From Trueperaceae bacterium (GTDB lineage: Bacteria; Deinococcota; Deinococci; Deinococcales; Trueperaceae): a stretch of DNA of 25,714 nt. Below, piece after piece: positions 17,953-25,714 of this stretch; the first letter of the stretch is position 1, and every line of letters begins with the position of its first letter. The position numbers were made by a program, and so were the translations under genes. Location of the stretch: NCBI GenBank assembly GCA_035703635.1, contig DASSXV010000082.1, positions 1 through 25,714 of the forward strand. Direction: 5' to 3'. A model generated the notes under the pieces. It made no database searches. It had not been told where the DNA came from and saw only the letters and a list, made by a program, of their open reading frames with translations.

Positions 17953-19485
17953 TCAACCGCCGCGTCCACACCACGCGTCGTTGCCGACGGGCGTCCATTG
18001 CACGTTCACGCCGCGACCTTGAATGTCCAGCATGTGCTGGGTTTGCGGTGGGACGAGCACGGGTGTATCGGTGGGGGAGATGCAGTTGCCGACGATGATG
18101 AACCAATCTCCGGCGGCCATGCCGAGGTTTGCGGCAATTGGGGCGATGTCGGTGATCTTGTTGCCGCTGACGGAGAACTCGTTCAGACCCGTCATCGTGG
18201 CGGCGGCGCTGATCGACGTGAGCCGGTTGGAGTCGAGGTTGACGTACGTGAGGCCGGTCATGTCGGCGAGTGGCGACATGTCCTCGATGAGGTTGTTCGC
18301 GAGGATCAGCCGTTCTAGGGTGGCTAGGCCGGAGATGGCGCTGATGCTCGTCACTTGGCTGCGCACGACCGCCAACTCGACTATGGCGCTTAGGCCAGCT
18401 ACGCCACTTATGTCACTCAGCTCGCTGCCGCCGACGCGCAAGTAGGTCAGGGCGGTCATCTCCGAGAGGTCGGGCACGCCCTCGTACGAGTTGCCGTAAA
18501 TGTCGATGTGCGCGAGGTTGGGGACGGATGTCAACGGCGCCAATGATGTGATCTGGTTGTCGTACGCCCGCAGGTACTTCAGCGTGGGGTGGTTCGCTAG
18601 CGGCGCCAGCGAAGTCAGCAGGTTCTCTTCGATCGTCAGGCTCGTCAGGCTCGTCATCGAGGCGATCGGCCCAAGGTCGCTTAGTTGGTTCTCCTCAGCG
18701 GCGAGCCGCTCGAGCGGCAAGTCGGCGAGCGGCGCCAGGTTGGCGATCTGATTGCCGAAGATGCTCAGCTCCCTGAGGGCCGTCATGCCGGCCATCGGCG
18801 ACAAGTCAGTAATGGCGTTCTCGCTGAGGTTAGAGCGGTAGACGCCGGTGAGGTTCTCGACACCCGCCAACGTCGTGACGCCCTTGTTGCTGACGTTCAG
18901 TTGCGTTATCTGCGCAACGTTCGCGCAGGTCATGCGGCCGTCGCCGATGCTGGCTAGGCGCGCCTCGACGAACGCGAGGATGGCTGGGTCGGCGAACGTC
19001 ACGACCTCGTCAGGCGCGGAGCAACTCGCGATCGGTTCGGTTACGGTCAGCGTGAGTTCGGCGCGGTCATCGGCTCGGTTGGAGAGGTTGGCGGCCTTGG
19101 CGGGGTCGATCTCGAGGATGAGTCGGTAGTCGCCCGGCGAGGCGCTGGCAGGCAGCGTTGCCGTGCGGCTTACGGCGTTCTCCGCACCCGCCGCCAACGG
19201 GGGCAACAGGAAGTCGGCTAGGGTCGTGGCTGCGCCGCCGCCCGCGGGGGTAACGGAGGCGCGGACCATGAACGCAGAGGACCCGAGGGAGGACTCGTTG
19301 GTCACCGTGAACACCACGGCAACCGCGCCGCCCTGTGGCACCGTTGCGGCCATCAACCGCGCGTCGTGCAGGGAGAGGTCCACTTGTTGACTCGGGACGC
19401 CGTCGTTACACGCCGCCGCCAGCGCTACGAGGAGGGCGAGTGGCAATATGGCGCGTAGGACACGGTTAGCTGTGCGTGCTGTCAT
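17953..19485 (-). CDS. Lipoprotein with CARDB-like Ig domain and ~12 internalin-type leucine-rich repeats, 510 aa
   Basis: Signal peptide with lipobox LAAAC. CARDB-like segment (VVFTVTN...LPPLAAG...PGDYRLILEIDP). Internalin-like cap FADPAI. Repeats of 21-22 aa of the form LxxLxLxxNxIxDLxPLxxLxx. Confidence 0.88.
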   Translation of the reverse strand: MTARTANRVLRAILPLALLVALAAACNDGVPSQQVDLSLHDARLMAATVPQGGAVAVVFTVTNESSLGSSAFMVRASVTPAGGGAATTLADFLLPPLAAGAENAVSRTATLPASASPGDYRLILEIDPAKAANLSNRADDRAELTLTVTEPIASCSAPDEVVTFADPAILAFVEARLASIGDGRMTCANVAQITQLNVSNKGVTTLAGVENLTGVYRSNLSENAITDLSPMAGMTALRELSIFGNQIANLAPLADLPLERLAAEENQLSDLGPIASMTSLTSLTIEENLLTSLAPLANHPTLKYLRAYDNQITSLAPLTSVPNLAHIDIYGNSYEGVPDLSEMTALTYLRVGGSELSDISGVAGLSAIVELAVVRSQVTSISAISGLATLERLILANNLIEDMSPLADMTGLTYVNLDSNRLTSISAAATMTGLNEFSVSGNKITDIAPIAANLGMAAGDWFIIVGNCISPTDTPVLVPPQTQHMLDIQGRGVNVQWTPVGNDAWCGRGG

Positions 19486-19491
19486 GAGCCG

Positions 19492-19526
19492 ATGCTAAGA
19501 ACCGGGGGGTTAAACCGGACTTAAAC
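19492..19526 (-). promoter_or_regulatory. Leaderless-type -10 (TAGCAT) plus GTTTAA direct repeat with 11-bp period upstream of the LRR lipoprotein
   Basis: TAGCAT is 6 nt before the ATG and there is no SD. ttaaac occurs at 19510-19515 and 19521-19526. Confidence 0.5.
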
Positions 19527-19549
19527 GCGCGGCTCCCTTGCTGGCTGCG

Positions 19550-20458
19550 TCAGTCCGCGTCCAGGTCTATGGAATGGTGGTCGAGGTCGGCGACCCCGCG
19601 CTTCCAGTAACCGTCGACGGTAACGCGCTCCTTGGGGAGCGCCAGCTCGACGCGGAAGTAGTCACGGATGGGCTTGAGGGCGCCGGCCTCACCCGCGGCG
19701 AACACGAACCAGTCGTCGTCCCGCGGCACCGGCACGCCGCGGATGGCCTGCAGCAGGCCTTGTGGGCCAGCGTGGTCGCGTAGCACCCAGGTGGTGGTGA
19801 CGTTCGGGCGCGTCGACAGCTCTCGCCGTTCGCTGGCGTTGGCCACCTCGATGACTAGGTGCGCCGCGGCCGAGTCGGGTAGCTCCTCTGCGAAGCGGCT
19901 GAGGGCGGGCAGGGCGGCCTCGTCGCCTGCTAGGAGGTACCAGGCGTAGTTCTCCGGGAAGACTTGGTTGCCGCGCGGCCCCATGACTCCGAGCTCGTCA
20001 CCGACCTTGGCGCCAGCAGCCCAGGCGGAGGCGACGCCGTGGCCGTGGATCACGAACTCGAGGATCAACTCGTTGCTCTCCGGCAGCCAGCCGCGGACCG
20101 TGTAGTCGCGGAAGACGGGTTTAGGGGTGCCCTCCGGCACCTGCCAACCGCTTGGGCCGAAGGTCGGCATTACGACCTTGCTGCTCCCCGGTTGTGGGAA
20201 CAGGACCTTGACATGGTCGGTGGCGGCCAGGCGCTCGTACGGGAAGCCGGCGGCCAACGCTGGTCCCGTCAGGTAGAAGCGCCGGTAATTGGGTGTGAGG
20301 TCCTCCACGCGGCTGACGCTCAGCACTCGCCTGCCGACCTCTGGTAAGCGCTTCCTCTGGACGTGGCCGCTTAGGTTAGGGCCGCTGCCGTCGTTACCGG
20401 GCGCTGGTGTGGCGGGCTGCAGGGTCATGTCATCTCCGATCGCCGCGGGGACCGTCAT
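19550..20458 (-). CDS. Siderophore-interacting protein (ViuB/YqjH-type FAD ferric reductase), ~302 aa
   Basis: Motifs: DHVKVLFP, RDYTVR, FVIHGHGVASAWA, GPRG, LLAGDEAALPA, FAAGEA and GYWKRG. The start may be 20458 or 20428. Confidence 0.93.
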   Translation of the reverse strand: MTVPAAIGDDMTLQPATPAPGNDGSGPNLSGHVQRKRLPEVGRRVLSVSRVEDLTPNYRRFYLTGPALAAGFPYERLAATDHVKVLFPQPGSSKVVMPTFGPSGWQVPEGTPKPVFRDYTVRGWLPESNELILEFVIHGHGVASAWAAGAKVGDELGVMGPRGNQVFPENYAWYLLAGDEAALPALSRFAEELPDSAAAHLVIEVANASERRELSTRPNVTTTWVLRDHAGPQGLLQAIRGVPVPRDDDWFVFAAGEAGALKPIRDYFRVELALPKERVTVDGYWKRGVADLDHHSIDLDAD

Positions 20459-20470
20459 CCCGCGACTTCC

Positions 20471-20511
20471 TAATGCCTAGTAAAGTTATCAGGATTAAGA
20501 AGGCCTGTCTA
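20471..20511 (-). promoter_or_regulatory. Sigma70-like promoter (TAGACA-17 nt-TAACTT) overlapped by an AT-rich imperfect palindrome (candidate iron-responsive operator)
   Basis: -35 at 20506-20511 and -10 at 20483-20488. Palindrome TAATGCCTAGTAAAGTTATCAGGATTA at 20471-20497. AGGAAG RBS downstream. Confidence 0.6.
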
Positions 20512-20518
20512 GCGCACT

Positions 20519-20992
20519 TCAACGCACCAGGAGGCTGCCGAGCACGACCAAGGCGAGGCTGAGGACCCCAAGCAGTCCACGCAGAGCAGTGGCGGCGCTG
20601 CCGCCGCGTACTACCTGTGTCACCAACTCGCCGTCGCTCGGTGCGGTCGTAACGCGCTGGCGTAACCGGGTCATGCGCCTGGCCTGGACGACTCCGATGG
20701 CAAGCAGCGCGACCAGCAGACCGGCTGTTATGGCGGTGGCGATCGTCAGGCCATCAACCGGGCGGTCTCGCAGCAGCACCGCCCCACTCAAGATCCCAAC
20801 CACGAGCGCTGTGCCGCCAACAGGCAGGTAGGCGCGACCGAGGGCGCGGAAGAACGCGACCCTGGCGGTCGGAGCCAAGCTCGTGGTCGACGCGCGCGCG
20901 ACCACCGCCATCGCCACGTAACCGCCTAGCCAAACGCTCGAGGCCAGCGTGAACAGCACGCGCCACAGGACTTGCGTGGTCAGGGCCGTCAC
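20519..20992 (-). CDS. Hypothetical membrane protein with ~4 TM helices (CopD/DUF4149-like pattern)
   Basis: Four hydrophobic segments, including SVWLGG in helix 1. Codon usage matches the genome. Confidence 0.7.
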   Translation of the reverse strand: MTALTTQVLWRVLFTLASSVWLGGYVAMAVVARASTTSLAPTARVAFFRALGRAYLPVGGTALVVGILSGAVLLRDRPVDGLTIATAITAGLLVALLAIGVVQARRMTRLRQRVTTAPSDGELVTQVVRGGSAATALRGLLGVLSLALVVLGSLLVR

Positions 20993-21158
20993 GGACGCAC
21001 GAAGCGCAGGTAGCGGGCGACGGGCCTCGAAATCAGCGCGTGTAACTTGAGACTCACCCGACTAGCCTACCTGGCCGCCGCAGCTCGCATGTTGCCCGGC
21101 AGGCAGCGGCGTTGCGCTGCTTGAGGGGGTGCCGTGGCCGAGGCGTTAGCCTAGGACG

Positions 21159-22400
21159 ATGACCGAGCGACTGACAGCTGCGGAGGCCAGGCGCATCTTC
21201 CTGGCAGCCCAGGGACTTGCCCGTAAACGCACTGCCCGAGCCAACGTCGGGCACATGCGCGCGTACTTGGAGCGCCAGGGGGTGTTGCAGCTCGATAGCG
21301 TCAACGTCCTCGCCCGCGCCCACTACCTGCCGCTCTACTCACGGCACGGACCGTACGACACCGCCGCGCTCGACGACTACCTGTGGTCATCGGGGGAGAC
21401 CTTCGAGCATTGGGGTCACGAGGCGTCCATCATGCCGCGAGACCTCCTGCCTGCCTTGCGTCACCGCATGGACCATTACGAGGAGCGCTGGCAGCGGCAT
21501 TTCGCGAGCAATCCAGCCGCCTACCGTCCGCAACTGTTCGCGGAAGTGGAGCGCGCGCTGCGCGAGAGCGGTCCGCTCACCAGCGCCCACCTCGCCCACC
21601 TCGAGGAAGACCCGGGCCGCAAGCGCGGGAGTTGGTGGGACTGGAGCGCGACCAAGGAAGCCCTCGAGTACCTGTTCGTGACGGGCCGCGCCGCCATCGC
21701 CGGTCGGCCGAACTTCCAGCGGCTCTACGCCGCGCCAGCGCACGTGTGGGGCGAGCATGCCGAAGTGCCGGGCCTGCCCGTTGTCGCGGCCAGGCAGGAG
21801 TTGTTCGACCGCGCGCTGAAGGCCAACTGGATCGGCACTGTTGGCGACCTCAGCGACCACTTCCGCATCAAGATCACCCAGGCGCGGCCACTCGCCGATG
21901 CAGCCGTCCAGCGCGGGCTGGCGCGTTGGGTGAGCGTGGAAGGTTGGAGCGAGCCGGCGCTCTTACACCAAGACGCGCTTGACCCCGGCAGCGCGACGGG
22001 GGCGGCGCTCCTCTCGCCGTTCGACCCGGCGTGCTGGTACCGCGACCGGCTGGAGCGCATGTTCGGCATGGAGTACCGCATAGAGATCTACACGCCGGCG
22101 GCCAAGCGCAAGTACGGCTACTACACCCTGCCGTTCCTGCTTGGCGACCAGATGGTCGCGCGCGTCGACCTGAAAGCCGACCGCAAGGCCAGAGCGTTGC
22201 TGGTGAAGGCAGCGTGGCGTGAGCAACTGCCTGCGCCAGGCGCGCGGCGCAAGCCAGACGGCAAGGTAGCGGAGGCGCTGAGAGCAGAGCTGGACCTCAT
22301 GGCGGAGTGGCTGGGGTTGACCGACGTCGTGGTTGAGCCAGTCGGGACGTTGGCCGGCGCCCTGGCCGACGCCTGGCGAACCAGTGCGGCTCAGCTGTGA
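21159..22400 (+). CDS. YcaQ/AlkZ-family (HTH_42) crosslink-repair DNA glycosylase, YcaQ-like, 413 aa
   Basis: EARRIFLAAQG, catalytic QxD motif LQLDSVNVLARAHY, FEHWGHEAS, LLSPFDP, YRIEIYTP..KRKYGYY.LP and RVDLKADR. Confidence 0.92.
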   Translation: MTERLTAAEARRIFLAAQGLARKRTARANVGHMRAYLERQGVLQLDSVNVLARAHYLPLYSRHGPYDTAALDDYLWSSGETFEHWGHEASIMPRDLLPALRHRMDHYEERWQRHFASNPAAYRPQLFAEVERALRESGPLTSAHLAHLEEDPGRKRGSWWDWSATKEALEYLFVTGRAAIAGRPNFQRLYAAPAHVWGEHAEVPGLPVVAARQELFDRALKANWIGTVGDLSDHFRIKITQARPLADAAVQRGLARWVSVEGWSEPALLHQDALDPGSATGAALLSPFDPACWYRDRLERMFGMEYRIEIYTPAAKRKYGYYTLPFLLGDQMVARVDLKADRKARALLVKAAWREQLPAPGARRKPDGKVAEALRAELDLMAEWLGLTDVVVEPVGTLAGALADAWRTSAAQL

Positions 22401-23104
22401 CCTGGGTAGCCGGTCGCTTCCGGCGTGAAGCGGTAACCAACGCCCCAGACGGTGTGAAAGTAGCGCGGCTCAGCTGGATCAGGCTCGAAGCACCGCCTCA
22501 GGCGCATGATGAAGTTGTCGACCGTGCGGCTGCTTGGGAACGTGGTGGGGCCCCATACGGCGTCGAGAATCTCGTCGCGGCTGACCACCTCGTTAGCGCG
22601 GTCGGTGAGGAGCCGCAGGATGCCGACCTCGCGCTCACTCAGCGTCACCGTCTCGCCGTTCTGCAACCGCGCCGTCCACCTCAAGAGGTCGACCTCGTGA
22701 CCGCCGAAGCCGACGCGCGCGTTCGCGGCCCGCAAGCGGCCACTGCGTCCTAGCAACTTGGCTACCCGAAGCAGGAACTCAGGCAAGTGGAACGGTTTGG
22801 CCAAGTAGTCGTCGCCGCCGGACTCCAGCCCCGCAACGCGCTCCTCCGGCGCGCCCTTGGCGGAGAGGAAGAGCACGGGAGTGACGTCTCCTGCCACGCG
22901 GCGCTCGCGGCACAGGCTGTAACCGTCCTTGAAGGGGAGCATGACGTCGAGCACGACGAGGTCAGGCGCCGCCTCGTGCCACAACTGCGCACCTGACCTA
23001 CCGTCGCCAGCCTGAATCACGTCGTGGCCCTCCGCCTCGAGGTTGTCCGCCAAGACGGCGGCCAGCGTCGCCTCGTCCTCGATCACTAGGACTCTGGGCG
23101 CCAT
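22391..23104 (-). CDS. OmpR/PhoB-family DNA-binding response regulator, 237 aa
   Basis: Receiver domain VLVIED...LDVMLP...FLSAK...DDYLAKPF. Winged-helix output SRDEILDAVWG...RTVDNFIMRLR...TVWGVGYRF. Confidence 0.95.
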   Translation of the reverse strand: MAPRVLVIEDEATLAAVLADNLEAEGHDVIQAGDGRSGAQLWHEAAPDLVVLDVMLPFKDGYSLCRERRVAGDVTPVLFLSAKGAPEERVAGLESGGDDYLAKPFHLPEFLLRVAKLLGRSGRLRAANARVGFGGHEVDLLRWTARLQNGETVTLSEREVGILRLLTDRANEVVSRDEILDAVWGPTTFPSSRTVDNFIMRLRRCFEPDPAEPRYFHTVWGVGYRFTPEATGYPGHS

Positions 23105-24240
23105 CAGGACATCGCCGTATGCTCGAGGGTGGGGTTCGCAGTGGCGGCTGCCACCAGCGGCAGGACCACGCCAACGCGCGTGCCGCCAGCCGCCACGCCC
23201 TCGATGCGCACTCTTCCACCATGCGCCAACGCGGTGCGGTGCACCAGGTAGAGCCCCAAGCCCATGCCGGTGGCCGACCGCGTCAGTTCGTTGCCCACGC
23301 GGTAGAAGCGCTCGAGTACGTTGCGGCGCTCGTGCTCAGGGATGCCGCGCCCGCGGTCCTCGACGCTCAATAGCGCCCAGCCGCCCTCACGTGCGATCCG
23401 CACCGTTACGGGCTTGACGGCGCTTGGCGTGTACTTGACGGCGTTGTCTAGGAGGTTCTCGATGAGGATGGTCACGTCATCGAGGTCAGCCATCACCGCC
23501 AGCGCCTCGGGCGGCGCCTCGAAGCGCAAGTGAGCGCCCCTAGCCTCGAGGCCAGCGCGGGCGCGTTCGACGACCTGACGCGCTAGCTGTGAGAGGTCAT
23601 GCGGCTCTGGCGCTCTCTCCGGACCGCCCCCCTCCAGGCGCGCCGTGGCGAGCACTTGCTGCCCGGTGCGCTCGAGCCGATCGATCTCGGCGCTCATGCG
23701 CGCGAAGTACTCCTTCTGCTTGGGCGCCGGCAGCGCGCGCAATTGCAGCGTCTCGATGAGCAGGCGCAGGATGCTGATGGGGGTCTTGTACTCGTGCCCG
23801 ATGGCGTCGAGGAAGTTGCTTTGGCGGCGCTTCAACTCGCGTTCCAGGCGCAAGCTGTGGGCGATGACGAACAGCCCGGTCAGGACCACCAGCACGAAGA
23901 AGGGGCCCTCGAAGGCGAACATGCGCACCGTCGCGCGCTGCTTGGCCGTGAAGGCGTCCAGGGAGTCGGCGTCGACCACCACCCGGTCGGCGGCGGCGTC
24001 GAGGCGCAGGTGAGGCGACGCCAGCAGGAGCCGTTCGACCTCCGCGAGCCCATCACGGGCGAGGAGCGCGTTGAGGGCGTCAGCTTGGTGCTGCTGGCCT
24101 GCGACCGTGTTGCGGGTGACCGTCGCGATGTAGCGCTGCTGAAAGTAGAGCCACCAGCCCATCTGAGCCGTGACGAACAGGATGATCACGCCGAAAGCCA
24201 GTCGCGTGACCCAACGCGAAGTGAGCAGGCTACGCCTCAC
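23104..24240 (-). CDS. Sensor histidine kinase (2 TM, HisKA + HATPase), 378 aa
   Basis: Two TM segments, H-box HEYKTP, N-box NLLDNAVKY, DRGRGI, FYRV and GMGLGL. Its stop overlaps the response regulator start. Confidence 0.95.
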   Translation of the reverse strand: MRRSLLTSRWVTRLAFGVIILFVTAQMGWWLYFQQRYIATVTRNTVAGQQHQADALNALLARDGLAEVERLLLASPHLRLDAAADRVVVDADSLDAFTAKQRATVRMFAFEGPFFVLVVLTGLFVIAHSLRLERELKRRQSNFLDAIGHEYKTPISILRLLIETLQLRALPAPKQKEYFARMSAEIDRLERTGQQVLATARLEGGGPERAPEPHDLSQLARQVVERARAGLEARGAHLRFEAPPEALAVMADLDDVTILIENLLDNAVKYTPSAVKPVTVRIAREGGWALLSVEDRGRGIPEHERRNVLERFYRVGNELTRSATGMGLGLYLVHRTALAHGGRVRIEGVAAGGTRVGVVLPLVAAATANPTLEHTAMS

Positions 24241-24356
24241 GCGGGTCAGCGTACCGCCCGCTTGCCGCGCGCGGCTGTCTCCCGGCTGCAGCTGCCGGGC
24301 GCCTCGGTTGTTCGTTTGCGCTTAGCGCAGGGTGCGCGGCGCACTAGCCTAGGTGG

Positions 24357-24893
24357 GTGGCAGGCGAAACGATCTTCACCGTTGGGCACTCCACTCACCC
24401 TATCGGCGAGTTCATAGCCATGCTGCAGGCCCACGGGGTGAAGCGCGTGGTGGACGTGCGCACCGTGCCGAGGTCGCGCCACAACCCGCAGTTCGAGAGT
24501 GATGCATTGCGGGCGAGCCTCGAGGCGGCGGGCTTGAGTTACCGCTGGGCCAAGGAGCTAGGTGGCCTGCGGCACGCGCACAAGGAGAGCATCAACGGGG
24601 CGTGGCGCAACTCGTCGTTCCGTGGTTACGCCGACTACATGCAGACCGCTGAGTTCGCGGCCGCGGTTACCGAGTTGGTGAGCGCTGGCGCGGGCAACGA
24701 CCTCGTGATCATGTGCGCGGAGGCCGTGCCGTGGCGCTGCCACCGCTCGCTGATCGGCGACGCGCTGCTGGTCAGGGGAGTCAAGGTCGAGGACATCATG
24801 TCGGCAAGTAAGGCGACGCCGCACGAGCTGACGCGGTTCGCGGTGGTCGACGGCCTCACCATCACTTACCCGCCGACGGAAGCGGGTGCTTGA
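24357..24893 (+). CDS. DUF488 family protein, 178 aa
   Basis: Motifs: IFTVGHST, VDVRTVPRSR, LGGLR, FRGYADYM and MCAEAVPWRCHRSLI. Confidence 0.92.
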   Translation: MAGETIFTVGHSTHPIGEFIAMLQAHGVKRVVDVRTVPRSRHNPQFESDALRASLEAAGLSYRWAKELGGLRHAHKESINGAWRNSSFRGYADYMQTAEFAAAVTELVSAGAGNDLVIMCAEAVPWRCHRSLIGDALLVRGVKVEDIMSASKATPHELTRFAVVDGLTITYPPTEAGA

Positions 24894-24899
24894 GCGGGG

Positions 24900-25289
24900 T
24901 TAGAGGCGCTCGAAGACGATGATGCCAGCGTCAACATCGGCTTGCGAGACCCTGAAGCCCGCGCTCGCCCACGAGCGCCCCTGTGGGGTGTCCGAGTTGG
25001 CCCAGAAGGTGCGGAACTTCCGCGCTGACGTGGGGAGCGCGGCGCCCAACAGCCGGTCTACCTGGTCGAGGGTGAGCTGCGTACGGTTGCCCTGCGTGCG
25101 GGCAAGGTGCTCTGCCAGCGGCAAGTAACGGCGACCGCTGCCCTTTGGCCTGCCGCGATTGCTGGCGGCTTTCGGCTCGGCTGCCTGCTGGCCCGCGTGG
25201 TACCAGTGTCCCATGAGTGAGTAGAATTCGGCCACCCTGGCGCGCGGGATCAGGACCTCTACTAGGACCTTGTCGTCTGATTCGTGCAT
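24900..25289 (-). CDS. Hypothetical protein (129 aa) with a C-terminal small conserved domain (tentatively DUF7662-like)
   Basis: Start placed at ATG 25289 (MHESDD) because of a strong AGGAGG RBS. C-terminal YLPLAEHL...LTLDQVDRLLG..LPTSA....WAN....Q..SW..AGF.V pattern. Confidence 0.7.
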   Translation of the reverse strand: MHESDDKVLVEVLIPRARVAEFYSLMGHWYHAGQQAAEPKAASNRGRPKGSGRRYLPLAEHLARTQGNRTQLTLDQVDRLLGAALPTSARKFRTFWANSDTPQGRSWASAGFRVSQADVDAGIIVFERL

Positions 25290-25501
25290 GTCCTGCCTCC
25301 TATTGGTTACCCCCGCTTGGCCACAGGCCCCCACGCAATAGCACGCGGGGATTTGTGGTGTGTCCTCACATATACCACGCTAGTATTGTCTTAGACGAGG
25401 CCGCCAGGGTGGTGCTCGGTGCGGTTCGGCGTCTTCGTAACCTATTTGGCATTATTTCCTTGTAGAGCTAGCGGCTGCGCGCTGGTCGGCGCGGAGCGGT
25501 A

Positions 25502-25560
25502 TTGACTTCACCCTCGGACCCTCCTAAGCTTTGAAAGTAGTTTTGTAAAGCCCTTAGGAG
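25502..25560 (+). promoter_or_regulatory. Sigma70-like promoter TTGACT-17 nt-TAAGCT followed by AGGAG RBS; inverted repeat CTCCTAAG...CTTAGGAG
   Basis: -35 at 25502-25507, -10 at 25525-25530, and IR arms at 25521-25528 and 25553-25560. Confidence 0.65.
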
Positions 25561-25565
25561 AAGCC

Positions 25566-25658
25566 GTGCTCCACCTGGCAGCAACGAGTAGCGCGCCACT
25601 TCTCACCAAGTTCCTCGCTCGGATACGGTTGAAAACGTGGGAGCAGACCGCATGCTGA
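25566..25658 (+). CDS. Candidate 30-aa small ORF (MLHLAATSSAPLLTKFLARIRLKTWEQTAC)
   Basis: GTG 5 nt after AGGAG. Its stop overlaps the start of the next ORF. No recognisable homology. Confidence 0.35.
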   Translation: MLHLAATSSAPLLTKFLARIRLKTWEQTAC

Positions 25659-25714
25659 AGCGCCTGCGAAAGGCACGAACCCGCCTCTACCTTGCGGAGT
25701 TGGCTCGTGCCGGC
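25652..25714 (+). CDS. 5' fragment of a gene running off the right edge (MLKRLRKARTRLYLAELARAG...)
   Basis: ATG at 25652 preceded by GGGAG, open to the window end. Only 21 codons are visible. Confidence 0.4.
   Translation, partial: MLKRLRKARTRLYLAELARAG

Noticed and set aside
20371-20389. TTAGGTTAGG, a perfect DtxR/IdeR half-site in the siderophore-interacting gene
   Set aside because: The second half-site is absent and it lies inside the coding region (GPNLSG). Probably chance.
22391-22400. 10-bp convergent overlap of ycaQ-like and response regulator 3' ends
   Set aside because: Short tail-to-tail overlaps are common in GC-rich genomes, and there is no evidence of function.
1-25714. CRISPR arrays, tRNA/rRNA, riboswitches, IS elements
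   Set aside because: No regularly spaced repeats, RNA gene signatures or transposase motifs were recognised by eye. An Rfam scan would be needed to exclude small RNAs.

Overview
High-GC bacterial chromosomal window with three parts. (1) A minus-strand pyruvate-node operon: pyruvate:ferredoxin/flavodoxin oxidoreductase (nifJ/PFOR), then a non-canonical dihydroorotate dehydrogenase-like flavoprotein, then pyruvate phosphate dikinase (ppdK). ppdK runs off the left edge and is missing from the ORF track. A His/Cys-rich TPR protein is divergent from this operon. (2) A ~7.5 kb defence operon on the minus strand: hsdM - internally deleted rhuM - a 42-codon hsdS-like stub - mrr - hsdS - hsdR. It is a Type IC-like restriction-modification system with an embedded Type IV Mrr, and every junction is a 4-nt start/stop overlap. 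(3) Assorted genes: sugar O-acetyltransferase, CARDB + internalin-like LRR lipoprotein, siderophore-interacting protein, small membrane protein, YcaQ-family DNA glycosylase, OmpR-family two-component system, DUF488 protein, a small hypothetical protein, and a promoter with a small ORF at the right edge. The most notable observation is that mrr lies between two direct, imperfect copies of the hsdS 5' end (38/46 nt identical). The upstream copy survives as a tiny ORF coupled to both neighbours, consistent with cassette-like gain or loss of defence genes at the hsdS start. hsdS also carries a 12-bp LEAE repeat of the kind that sets recognition-site spacer length. No rRNA, tRNA, CRISPR array, integrase or transposase was seen.
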